Assembly: GCA_010909165.1 (NCBI GenBank)
Contig: VJWM01000135.1
Location: 124,001-188,000 of the forward strand
Length of the DNA stretch: 64,000 nucleotides
Origin: Anthoceros angustus
Lineage: Eukaryota; Plantae; Anthocerotophyta
Direction of reading: 5' to 3'
Made by a program: the position numbers and the translations under genes. Of this stretch, positions 38,470 to 49,859 are shown piece after piece (position 1 is the stretch's first letter; every line of letters begins with the position of its first letter). The notes below the pieces were generated by a model, which saw only the letters and a list, made by a program, of their open reading frames with translations, searched no databases and was not told the DNA's origin.

Positions 38470-41400
38470 TGCAAGCTACGCACATTCTTCATGACGCCGA
38501 GGTGATACCACTGTGCCCCTCACTTCTATTACCCTTTGTAGTGAAACTTTACGGCAATGTGGGTCACGTGGTTGCCGATTCAGAAGGACCGTGATGGCGA
38601 TGTTCATTTTGGAGGCGAAGATGCCTCCCAATATCTCCGAGAGATCGATTCGGAAAGAAGAACCAAACGTCAAGCCAGAATTTTGCCGCCAGATATGACT
38701 CGGCCGTTTGCGGCATGCATGCCTCAACCTTCTCAGCAAAGTAAGCAATTACAATCGAGCATTGGTGACATGTGTTAAAGCGTGAAGTGGAGTTCTCTGT
38801 GTGGCGGCATGCCGCGCACTTCCGCATTGCGACAAATGTTCACTTCTTGAGTGCAGTCCGAGGTGGAGGAGGACTCATCAGCGCTCGTGTGCCTCGCTTT
38901 CTTCCTCCCACTCCAAGAAATATGAATCTCTACACGCAATGGATAGAAGTCCTGTGGGAGGGAGGGTACGTCCGGAAAGTGGCGAGCAGGTTGTGCAGCG
39001 GTCCGAGGTCCGTTTAATGGAAATGCTAGTGGTGGAGAAGTGGACACCCAAATGTGGATGAAGAGAATGTTTTCCAGACACCACCGGTAAGACGAAGTCC
39101 ACCTTCCTATCATCAAACCTATGTCCGAGACGTTGCGTAGAAGCGAACATGATATCGGGTTGAGCGCCGGGCGCTTTATGTAAGAGAGGGGACTGTGTTG
39201 CGAGATTTTGAAACCATGTTGCAACAAATTGTGCATCCAAATGTTGACCAAAGAAGGCTTCGTGGAGCAGCGGACAGTTCTCGAGGTTGAGCAGCCGCAG
39301 AAACATTTCTTGATCCCTTGTCGGACCAGTTGCGAGGCCACTCAAGACAACGAGTTATAACCCATCTCATGGTGCTGCTCCAATGAGATCTGCCTGAAAG
39401 CCTTCCGGTTGGTGTCTGCATCGGCTCAACAAGATATGAAGAGTTGAAGAGGAGGGTATTGTGTAATGCTCCATGGGATGAGAATAAGCCAAGTCCTCGG
39501 GTGCAATCCTCCCATGCTTTGGGTGCGATTGCGTGGATGGACTCTACATTTATCCACTTGGCGAGCGTTTGCCAAACGTGGAGGTGTATAACTTGCGGAC
39601 ACATTCACTAAGCTAGAGGTCCGGACACAATACAAAGGGAAATGGAGCACAAAGGATTGCGCTTTATTTCATATGCCTACTTCTGCGGCTTTGGGAAGAA
39701 CTTCAAACGGGTGAAGATACCCAAGTCCAATAGGTTTTCGACATGTTCATTATGCGCAGGATTGAAGTTCAACATAAGAAGCACGACGCCGCACCGACCA
39801 AGGTACGACTTTCCAAGCCCAATGCCGTTTGGACATTAATCAGAAGTAGCAAAGTTGTGCTCACCGCACGGCCGAGTGCTCACCTTCCCAGTGTGTGCGG
39901 CATCTTTGGTTCCTACCTATTCCTCTGTATGGTGATTCCGGCAACACTATGTTGCATGCATGCCACCGCAGAGAGTTTAGGGCGCATGCCGCGCCCGCTG
40001 TTACGTTGTTGCCAACATGCCTGCTCGCGATGACTAGTGGGGTGCCCGAATGCCGGCGCAGATGAACCATTGGGTTACCGGCAATTCAGCGCACATGAAT
40101 TTGTGGAATGCCGGCGCCCACACACCTGTGTGATCATGTTATGCTGGGCCCACGCACTTGTGTGTTCCTGTTATGCCGCCGACCATGTACTAGAGATTAC
40201 CGGCATGCCGCACCCATGTACTTGTGATGCCGCACCCATGGTGCCGGCATGCCGCGCACTTTCCGCCATGTTGCCGAATGCCGCGCCCATGGACATGTGT
40301 GGCCGGCATGCCGGCACCCATGTACTTGTGATGCCTGCATGGCGGCATGCGGCGCCCATGGACATGTGTGGCGGCATGCCGGCGCCCATGGACATGTGGC
40401 GGCATGCCGCACCCATGGTGCCGGCATGCGGCGCCTAGGCACCCATGGTGCCGGCATGCGGCGCCCATGGACATGTGGCGGCATGCACCCATGGTGCCGG
40501 CGAGCTTAGGCTCCAATGGTGCCGGCGAGCTTAGGCTCCAATGGTGCTTGATGCCGTGTCAAACTAGTGTCCGCCGACATGGTCGATTGAAGCATGCATG
40601 ATTATGCGTCATCGGGAATTTTGGCATGCATGCAATGGCATGTTTGCGGACCTTTCACGTTGTTTTGATCATGCCTTGATTGCGTCCGCCTCTTGAGTTC
40701 CGTTCTGCCCCTAGCCCTAACATTGTACTTTCATTTGTCTGCAGATATCGGGATGCGCTGGATAAGCATCGTATCCGTCGATGGATGAACGGAAAAAGCT
40801 TCACAAGCATCGCACAAAAGGGTACAAGGAGCCACACAAGTATATGTTATTATGTATCGATGGAATGGATCAAAAACGTCTCTCCCCATATCTTGAGGTG
40901 GCGAAGGACTTAAAAGAGGACAGCAAGATTACGGTGCATGTAGTGGGTTGCATGATTCATAATTACACATTCAAGGCGAGGGCGTATCTCCACTATGAAT
41001 TTGTGGAATGCCGGCGCCCACACACATGTGATCATGTTATCTTTGTGGCCCACGCACTTGTGTGTTCTGTTATGCCGACCATGTACTAGAGATTACGGCA
41101 TGCCTGCGCCCATGGACATGTGTGGCCGGCATGCGGCGCCCATGGACATGTGGCGGCATGCGGCGCCCATGGACATGTGGCGGCATGCGGCGCCCATGGA
41201 CATGTGGCGGCATGCGGCGCCCATGGACATGTGGCGGCATGCACCCATGTACTTGTGATGCCCGCATGGCGGCATGCGGCGCCCATGGACATGTGGCGGC
41301 ATGCGGCGCCCATGGACATGTGTGGCGGCATGCCGCACCCATGGTGCGGGCATGCACCCATGGTGCCGGCATGCGGCGCCTAGGCACCCATGGTGCGGGC

Positions 41401-44213
41401 ATGCCGGCGCCCATGGACATGTGGCGGCATGCCGCACCCATGGTGCCGGCGAGCTTAGGCTCCAATGGTGCCGGCATGCGGTTCAAACTAGTGTCCGCCG
41501 ACATGGTCGATTGGAAGCATGCATGATTATGCGTCCTTTGGCATGCATGCAATGGCATGTTTGCGGACCTTTCACGTTGTTTTGATCATGCCTTGATTGC
41601 GTCCGCCTCTTGAGTTCCAGTTCTGTCCCTAGCCCTAACATTGTACTTTCATTTGTCTGCGGTGTATCGGGATCTGGATAAGCATCGTATCCGTCGATGG
41701 ATGAACGGAAAAAGCTTCACAAGCATCGCACAAAAGGGTACAAGGAGCCACACAAGTATATGTTATTATGTATCGATGGAATGGATCAAAAACGTCTCTC
41801 CCCATATCTTGAGGTGGCGAAGGACTTAAAAGAGGACAGCAAGATTACGGTGCATGTAGTGGGTTGCATGATTCATAATTACACATTCAAGGCGAGGCGT
41901 ATCTCCACTATGAATTTGTGGAATGCCGCGCCCACACACCGTGTGATCATGTTATCGCGGGGCCCACGCACTTGTGTGTTCTGTTATGCCGACCATGTAC
42001 TAGAGAGCATGCCGCACCCATGGTGCCGGCATGCTAGCGCTATCGCCGACATGCCGCGCCCATGGACATGTGGCGGCATGCCGCGCCCATGGACATGTGT
42101 GGCGGCATGCCGCACCCATGTACTTGTGATGCATGGCGGCATGCCGCACCCATGGTGCGGGCATGCGGCGCCCATGGACATGTGGCGGCATGCCGCACCC
42201 ATGGTGCCGGCATGCCGCACCCATGGTGCGGGCATGCCGCACCCATGGTGCGGGCATGCGGCGCCCATGGACATGTGGCGGCATGCCGCACCCATGGTGC
42301 CGGCGAGCTTAGGCTCCAATGGTGCTTGCCGTTGCACGAAACTAGTGTCATCGACATGGTCGATTGGAAGCATGCATGATTATGCGTCACTTTGGGAATT
42401 TTGGCATGCATGCAATGGCATGTTTGCGGACCTTTCACGTTGTTTTGATCATGCCTTGATTGCGTCCGCCTCTTGATTCCAGTTCTGTCCCTAGCCCTAA
42501 CATTGTACTTTCCTTTGACTGCAGCTGGATATCAGGATGCGCTGGATAAGCATCGTATCCATCTGATGGATGAACGGAAAAAGCTTCACAAGCATCGCAC
42601 AAAAGGGTACAAGGAGCCACACAAGTATATGTTATTATGTATCGATGGAATGGATCGAAAAACGTCTCTCCCCATATCTTGAGGTGGCGAAGGACTTAAA
42701 AGAGGACAGCAAGATTACGGTGCATGTAGTGGGTTGCATGATTCATAATTACACATTCAAGGCGAGGGCGATTCCACTATGCGAATTTGAGGAATGATGC
42801 AAATTTGATTTCTATTATACAGGATGTGATCCTCACTTATGAAGGGTTGCTTCCTAAAGTTTTATATTTGCAATTTGGACAACACATGCGGGAGAACAAG
42901 AATCACCTGCTCTTTGCTTACCTCAACATGCTCGACCTAGGAACGCTTTGAGAAGGTGAAGGTTGGTTTTCTTCTTGTTGGGCATACACACGATCAAGTC
43001 GACCAAATGTTTTCTTGTTTCTCAAACATCCGAACACAAAGAGGCTAGAACCCTACCAACTATGTAGGACATTTTGAGAACAGCTTACACACCGAACCCA
43101 GAAGTGAAGGTGGTGACGGAAGTTGCAGATTTCCGTTCATTTGTGTGGCCGATGCAGTCAGGAGAAGGAGGTCGGAAGTACAAAGCTGCCGTGCGAAAGT
43201 TAAACAATCTTTCGTTCCAACACCAGTTCAAAATTACCCAAGAAGACAAAGTGGGACGGGGAAAGGTAACGGTCATTCGGAGCAAACAATACTCGACTTG
43301 TCCATTGTGGGAAACTGAAGATGGCCTGGAGTTCTTGTCGTTTGTGCCTAACAGCACCATCGGCCCAACTTCCCTAATGGCATTGCAGGCGAAAGACAAG
43401 AAAGGGAGTGGAGGAGGCTTGAGTGCACGTGATGGCGTAGATCACTTGAAGAAAGGGATGCTGAAGTTACCAACTTATGTTAATGCTGTTGAGGGGAGTG
43501 GTGGGATGATTTGGAAGGATCGAGGAGATCGAACGATCGTGGACCATAACATCGGACTTGTTTTGAAAACCCGTGGAAGTGGTATGATAGGGCGTGCGAA
43601 GCAAATGTGCCTCCTTGCGGTCGGATGAGGCTCTCACGATGAAGCATTATTGCGGGATGTACCACAACGGACATGTACCGGAGCATATCGAACGTTGAAC
43701 GACGTGATGAGGAAGTGGAGAGGATGAATGGTGACATCATGGAGATTGAAAAGGTATGTTCATTGTAACGCCTTGTGAGGCGATACTCACAATAGGGCGT
43801 TCTGGTGGCCAAGGTTGTTGGTGTCCACGACCGTCGACCCATATTTCCTTTGTAACGGTGGCGGACCGAACACAGATGCCTTTGAAGGAAGTATGTAGGG
43901 AATACTTTCTCGGTCCGATAGCGACATTGCAGCACATTCGAAAGGCAAGGCGGAAAAGGTTTCAGCCTCGAACATCCAAGCTCTTCGTCCGTAAAACCAT
44001 TATTGTATATTATGGGTTCAAGTGACATCCAGAAACATCTCTACGCAGACAAGAAAGCAATCAAAGAGAAATTGAATGCTCTTCGCCTCATATCGTGCCC
44101 TCCTCCATAGATATGCCGATAGCGAGGATGATGGTGATGAAGTTGTCCCGATCGAGGAAGAAGGTTTAGAGTCGGTGAAGAGTAAGGATGTGATTCTGGT
44201 TGGTACAATGTAA
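38470..44213 (+). pseudogene. DDD/E transposase (DUF7869/Sola-like), intron-containing; one exon triplicated
   Basis: RVKIPKSNRFSTCSLC (39710-39760); intron 39803-40744; YMLLCIDGMDQ (x3); VLYLQ-LDN-RENKN (42860-42903); VGFLLVGHTHDQVDQMFS (42962-43016); acidic tail with stop at 44213; start uncertain. Confidence 0.82.
40197..42310. repeat. Intronic CATG-rich minisatellite arrays (27-bp core), three blocks
   Basis: Unit gcggcgcccatggacatgtggcggcat with 3 CATG per unit; blocks at ~40197-40500, 41095-41480, 42005-42310. Confidence 0.92.
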
Positions 44214-45060
44214 GAGAGATAGATTGGATGGTGTTGTCATGGCCAATGGGAAGAGGCCAGCGTAGTATCAGTTATGAGTGAACTTTTTATCTCCGTATCC
44301 CAAAGAAAATGTTACTACTACGGCATGCGGGCCCCTTACATGAATCAAATCGATTTCTTCATTGAACATTGTCGCAGTGAATTAGAGTTCCCAAATCCCT
44401 AGGGTTCATCACACTTTGTTTCCCCAACCATAGTTTGAGGCGTGTTGCTCAAAGAACAGAAGCGGGGATAAAAACTAAGGCCCTCCGCATATGTGGACCA
44501 CGCAAAGAGAATTCAGTTCACTATGGCATCGGTTTGGGTGGCACCATCTCATTCATGACCTTGCAAGGAGCGGGGTCACGGCTATATGCGGCATGGCAGC
44601 CAACCGACTCTCCGTGCACATTCGATCGAGCAAGTGACCATGGCGTTAGGCCGACATTAAAATGGCGCATGCGGCGCCCATTCCTCTCATCCGACGCAGG
44701 CACGGTGTCCTCCATATTGCGAGGTGTGCAACCGATGTATTCCCTTTCGGAAAGTCCATGTATTACGCTTTTGGGTTGGCGAGGTCGTGAGGACATACAT
44801 AAATAAGCCTCAATTACTCAAATGCGATTTATACGCTCTGCGTAAATGCAATTTCATACGGCATGGGTCTCCATTCCCTTGGAATCATGTATTGTGTTAG
44901 CGTGCACACCATTCTGGTCGATCATCATCCATGGATCCTGATCCACATGTGGAACACCCTAATTTTTCGATGTTTTCCGCTATCTATGTACCATAGAACC
45001 GGTTTGATACCCATCACAAACCCTGTTTAGCGTATATTGGCCTATGAAGCCGCTTGATGT

Positions 45061-45090
45061 ATATTCAGCCCTTTCAAATATTACCATGTT
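45061..45090 (-). repeat. Right terminal inverted repeat
   Basis: Reverse complement is aacatggtaatatttgaa-agggc-tgaatat. Confidence 0.85.
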
Positions 45091-45094
45091 ATGG

Positions 45095-45490
45095 GTTGAC
45101 CAATTGACATCGGCCCAAGGGCTGATGGCCTCACAGTTGGCAAACATGTCACAGGGCCATCCGATGGTACAGCCTACCAATCGGTTGCAGATGCTGGTTA
45201 ATCACACATTAGTGGATAATCGTGAAGGCCATGTCACTGTCAATGGAGTTGCTCCTAGAGTCGTTCCGTTAGACACAGGGGCCCAACCTGTCATCATAGG
45301 GCAAACATTGGCTGCTAGACTGCAACTCATGGGCTCTGCTCTCAAGAGCTCAACACGGAATATAATGCTGGCTGGGGCCATTGAGCCGGTGGAGAAACAA
45401 TTTATCCGTAGTTATTGCTTTCGGCTAGGGTTACGCGATCTGTCACCATGGAGGTACACTGTCTCGTTTCCGCAGCCACGGCTATGACAT
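45095..45490 (+). pseudogene. Retropepsin-like aspartic protease of the retroelement
   Basis: VTVNGVAPRVVPLDTGAQPVIIGQTLAARLQL. Confidence 0.8.
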
Positions 45491-45939
45491 TACGCCGGGC
45501 GGAGTTCATGTTTTCCTCCGGGGTGGGCATAGATAGCGGGCCGACAGCTTTCTCGGCTGGCGGCAACAAGGAGGCGCCGCTTGGCCTACATTCCCTTGGA
45601 TCTTCATCACCGCACGTTGTGGACCATGTCTGATGACGGTGAGGCACGTGCGGCTCGGATCGCGGTTTGCCTAAGGATGACGGTAGGGTATCCGGCTCTT
45701 TGAAGAGGAAAGCGAAGCACTTTCAAATCATGGTGTGGATGAAGCCTTGTGCCAGACTTTTCAGCTACAATCCCTGAGGTTTTGAAGCCTGATGCAACTT
45801 GGATGGATGCAGCTCGGGCTCATGTCATTTTTGCCATGGAACAATTTCACAAGGGGGCGGGGGCTGACGATAGCACACTGCCGATTGTAGTTATGCATTC
45901 GGCATTGGAGCCACTTCACCAGCAAACAGTTACGTGGAC

Positions 45940-46975
45940 TACCCCTTGTGATGGATGTGTGTGGGTGGAGCTTTTTGCAGGCATCTGTTCTGGGTTGGAG
46001 GTAGCGTTACGGCTGGGGCTGACTATCAAAAAGTATATCTACTGTGACAGTTGCCCTGTTGTGCGGCGTATAGCCATCTTCCGCTTACAACAGTTGCAGC
46101 AACAATTTCCAGCACTTTTGTCTCAGGCTGCTTGCCAGGATGCTTTCACCGCTTTGCCTCAAGACATTTTGCTGGTTCAGCCTTGTCACATTCGCCAATT
46201 AGCACATGTGGACACAGTAATGGCTGGGAATGTCGGGGTTTTCTAGAGGTGGGCGGTTTGCAACACCGAGGCGGGATGCTTTCACCGCTTTGCCCCAAGA
46301 CATTTTTTCGGCTGCTGTCACATTCGCCAATTAGCACATGTGGACTGTAATGGCTGGCTGGGAATGTCGGGGTTTTCTAGAATGGTGGATGGTTTGCAAC
46401 ACCGAGGGACTATTTACTTCATTGGTTCAAGTGATGAGATGGATTGAATGCATATCCGGGGCTCTTTATGTGTTCGAAAATACGCCAGCTCATTTAGACC
46501 CAGCGAGCTCAAGTTAAGCGGGATCTTTATCGTGCGGCATGTACTTGGACCTCCTTTTGTTATGGACAGCCTGGCGGCTATGCTCATCGTTTGAGGAGTT
46601 ATTGGACCAATTGGGCTCCTACTGATTGCTTGGCCTTGCGACATACCCAGCGAGACCCTCGGTGCGTTGCAGGATGTGCTTGACCCCAAGCATGTTCGCG
46701 ACCAGCACTTGGCGGGCGAGCTCCTTGGTTCCCTACCAATCACGTGGGTGAGCCGTGTCGTTGCACGTTGTTGGTTAGTTTTCTCCATCCTATGCGTATA
46801 GGGGAATGGTCGAGTTTGTTATTCAACACGGATACTCCTTTGGGAGGCCGTCTATCGCAGAGCGTGAACGCATCATGGGGTTTTCAACTCATGCCACTGC
46901 GGCTGCTGGGGTTTCTATTCGAATGTTGTCTGCATTGGGCGAGCTATGGACTTGTTTGCTCTCACCTGGTTAGTG
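45940..46975 (+). pseudogene. C5-cytosine DNA methyltransferase domain within the retroelement polyprotein (frameshifted, ~140-bp internal duplication)
   Basis: Motif I WVELFAGICSGL, II YIYCD, III LPQDI, IV MAGWECRGFS (46349), VI YVFEN (46467), VIII GYAHRLRSYWTNW (46575), IX ERERIMGF, X GRAMDL-like. Confidence 0.85.
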
Positions 46976-47279
46976 AGCATTTGTCTCATGTTTCAAGTCT
47001 TGGCTCGAGAATTTTTGTGGCATGGCGGACGGGAGCCTTCCTAAGCATCATCCGGATCGACACTTGCCTTTTCCGGTTTTCAGCCTTTTCACGACACGGT
47101 AGGAACATGCGACATGGAAACCAAGCTCGCTTTTTTTGAAATCTGCTGATCCGTTGTCGGCAGCCATGACGCCTTAGGCAAGGCACTAAAACTGGATAAG
47201 ATCTGGAGTAACCGTAGGGTTTATCAAGTTGATGGTATATGTAATAGGTAGTCCCGTAAGGGCCGGACTATCCACAAGT

Positions 47280-47950
47280 GCCTTGAAAGTAGACCCACCA
47301 AGACGGTAAAGAAACCAGGGGACTTGGACTGGCCACTGAATCATTTTTCAGCTCCGATGCTCCGTCGGTCATCGCGATTCCTACCCCAATTGGCATCCGA
47401 AAAGCCATAGAGAATTGAAGGTACTTTGCTCTGCCTTGTGTATCGGATGCCATATATAGATGTCCCACGTAAATATCTGTAAATTCTTTTTACAGCTACC
47501 CAACGTGCCTTCCCAGGGTAATGTAGAAACTGACTTACTTGACTCACAACGTATTGGACTTCTGGCCATGTCCAATTGGCAACATAAATAAGGGACCCCA
47601 CCGCCTGTCTACAGGGTACTTTGCTCATTTCGTTTTTCTCTTGGTCTGACTATGGGCAATCTAGCACGAACGGTGATGTGTTGGTCACCATGGGTGTATC
47701 TTCAGGTAAGTTTCTTTCAACCTAAACACCGATAACATACTTGAGTTCTCCAACATCTTTCATGTTAAATTCCTTACTAAGTATTTCCTTGACTTTTAGT
47801 ACTGGTGATTGTGTACATGCTGCTATGATGCAATCGTCTAGTACTTACAGGCATAAGAGAGCGTATCCATTATCTGTGGTCAAAATGTATACATTGGGGC
47901 CTGCGTGGCTTTGTACAAACCCTGAGGCCTTAAGGTGAGTATCGGCATGG
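47280..47950 (-). mobile_element. Copia RT/RNase H fragment
   Basis: VPCRQAVGSLIYVANWTWPEV, WVAVKRIYRYLRGT, YGFSDANW. Confidence 0.85.
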
Positions 47951-47959
47951 CTTTGTACC

Positions 47960-49840
47960 TCACTATGAACGTAGGGGTGAAAATAAGCTACAAAATGAGA
48001 CCAAATATACTAGCAAACTCCTACTAGATAGATAGTTACGCTCAGAAAGTAAACTGAAAGTCTAAGCAGCTGAGCAAACTAACTAATGAAATAATTAATT
48101 TAGATGCATTTTAGAAAAGCATTTAAAAGCGGGAACAAAGAAAGGAAAAAATCCCGAAATTAAAAATGGGGGGATAATGCCCCCGCCTCCTCCCCCACGA
48201 GATCCACCGATGGTGGGTACGGCGGTTACGCCGTGCCTACATGAAAGGGGTGTCCCCGCCGGGAGGCGAAAACGCCGCGCCCCGATGGCGGCCCCGAGCT
48301 CGCGGAGCCTCCACGCGGCCGGAGCGGGCAGGCCGGCGTGAGCGGAGGCCCGGCCAGAGCCGACATTGCGGCGCGGCCACACAAGGCCGCAACGCTGGCG
48401 AGCACCGCGCTGGCGGCGGCAGCGGCGTGGATCTGCCGGTGCTTTGAGTGGCTGTTGTCACCATCTGTGGTTTGTGATTCCAGGGCGCTCCATGGGGGCG
48501 CTCCTCTTGATCCACAAATTGTTGGCCTTTGCTTGATTGCATATGGAAATCCGGAGGTGGAAATCGGTGAAGTCCCCGTCGGTGGTGGAGCTCCTGTCGG
48601 TTTGGCCAATTAGCGTACCTGGTACTTGGCCAATGGTGATGTGTGGGTGTCGAGTGCCGGTGAGATCGAAGCCGCTGCTGCCCAAACATGGGAGGAGACC
48701 AAGTGGGGAGATGAGCTGGATCCTCCCACAAGAACTCCAAACAGATGGTACCCATCTCCTCTTCGTGAGAAGAGATTGTCGCTCTCGTCGCCTTCTAGGA
48801 GTCGGAGCTGGAGTGAAGATGAAAATTTGCCGGGTTGCCGACTGGAAGCCGTCGATGAAAATTTGCCGACTGGAGGTCTCGTCGAAGCCGTCCTTCTCTT
48901 ATGATGAGACATGGTGTGATGACTTCGACATTGATGAAGAGGACTCCGTGGTGGGAGTCCAAGCCGATGTTGAAGATGCTCCTCACAGATCTGTGTGCGA
49001 AGGAAGTCCAAGCTGGTGGTCTGCTCCCATCGTCAATGATGATTTCGCTGACGCCAAAAGTGCCAATGATCTCCACAAACTAGCCTCTGGTATGTTAACC
49101 TGTCTGCATATATGCTACAAAGTGATAGATAGCATGAATACTAATGGGATGATCCATTGGCAGCTCTAGTGGCTGGTAGGCTTTAGCTAGATGAAACTGA
49201 AGACAGTAGAGGAAAGTGGAAAGGCAAGAGCAAGGTGGTAGCAGAGAGTAGTGGAAAAGAAAGTAAGTAGGAATAGGAAGTAGGTTGCTCCTATTTGTAA
49301 GAATAAAGTTTTTTTTTTTAAGCATAAAAAAAATATGTGGTTGTAGGGATGGACAAGTGCGTGGGCACGCATCACTTGAGGATTGCTATCCCACAAAGAG
49401 TGGTCCCTGAAGGAACAAGGACATGATATGAAATACCTGGCTGCTATCTTCCTATGGGAAGTTTGATTAAAGCTACCCACTTGATATGCCCTTGGGATAA
49501 GGATAATTACCATGCCCCAGCAGAATATGTTTGCCATAAAAAAGGAATAAAAATGGTGTGGTTGGGAGCTGCCCCATGTGAAGAGTATGAAGGACATACT
49601 AAGCATACTTATAGTAAGTGCCCTAATGCCATTTATGACTTAAACAGTATTTAATAATTATTTTATTTTTATATTAACATGACTCCTAAATTTTGTGAAT
49701 AGGATCTGTTTAGGCATTGGAGCAAGAAGCTCAAGAATACTATGAAGATTATTCAGAAATAGAAGAGGAACTTGACCATTTGGACAAACTGTGTGGCTTG
49801 TAGTTAAGGTTAACTTTTAGTTGCCCACTTAAGTTCCTCT
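47960..49840. other. Unclassified insert between Copia fragments (GC-rich island and degenerate plus-strand coding sequence)
   Basis: Unrelated to the flanking Copia sequence; broken ORFs at 48338-49654. Confidence 0.35.
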
Positions 49841-49859
49841 ATAGCTAGCTGAGTTAGGG

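Larger units (their letters stand above)
29216..45090. mobile_element. DNA transposon (Sola-like/DUF7869-type transposase) carrying a ParB-like + N6A/N4C methyltransferase gene
   Basis: TIRs AACATGCTAATATTTGAA (29216-29233) and TTCAAATATTACCATGTT (45073-45090), 17/18 match; TSD ATGG at 29212-29215 and 45091-45094; excision restores host ORF QPLESTW|VDQLTSAQG. Confidence 0.88.
24442..46990 (+). mobile_element. Ty3/Gypsy-like retroelement carrying a C5-cytosine DNA methyltransferase; split by a DNA transposon and truncated before RT
   Basis: Gag with two CCHC knuckles, LDTGA retropepsin, then C5-DNMT motifs; the frame is continuous across the 29216-45090 insertion. The Gypsy assignment is inferred because RT/IN are absent. 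Confidence 0.75.

Noticed and set aside
40037-42476. Many overlapping ORFs with MRRPWTCGG/HAAPMDMW repeats
   Set aside because: Stop-free translations of the intronic GC-rich array in all six frames; not separate genes.
45940-46975. Host MET1/CMT/DRM gene
   Set aside because: No BAH, chromo or UBA domains, no introns, and collinear with gag and protease.
47961-47985. CACTA or hAT terminus (CACTA..., TAGGGGTGAAA)
   Set aside because: No convincing partner terminus or TSD found, so no superfamily was assigned.
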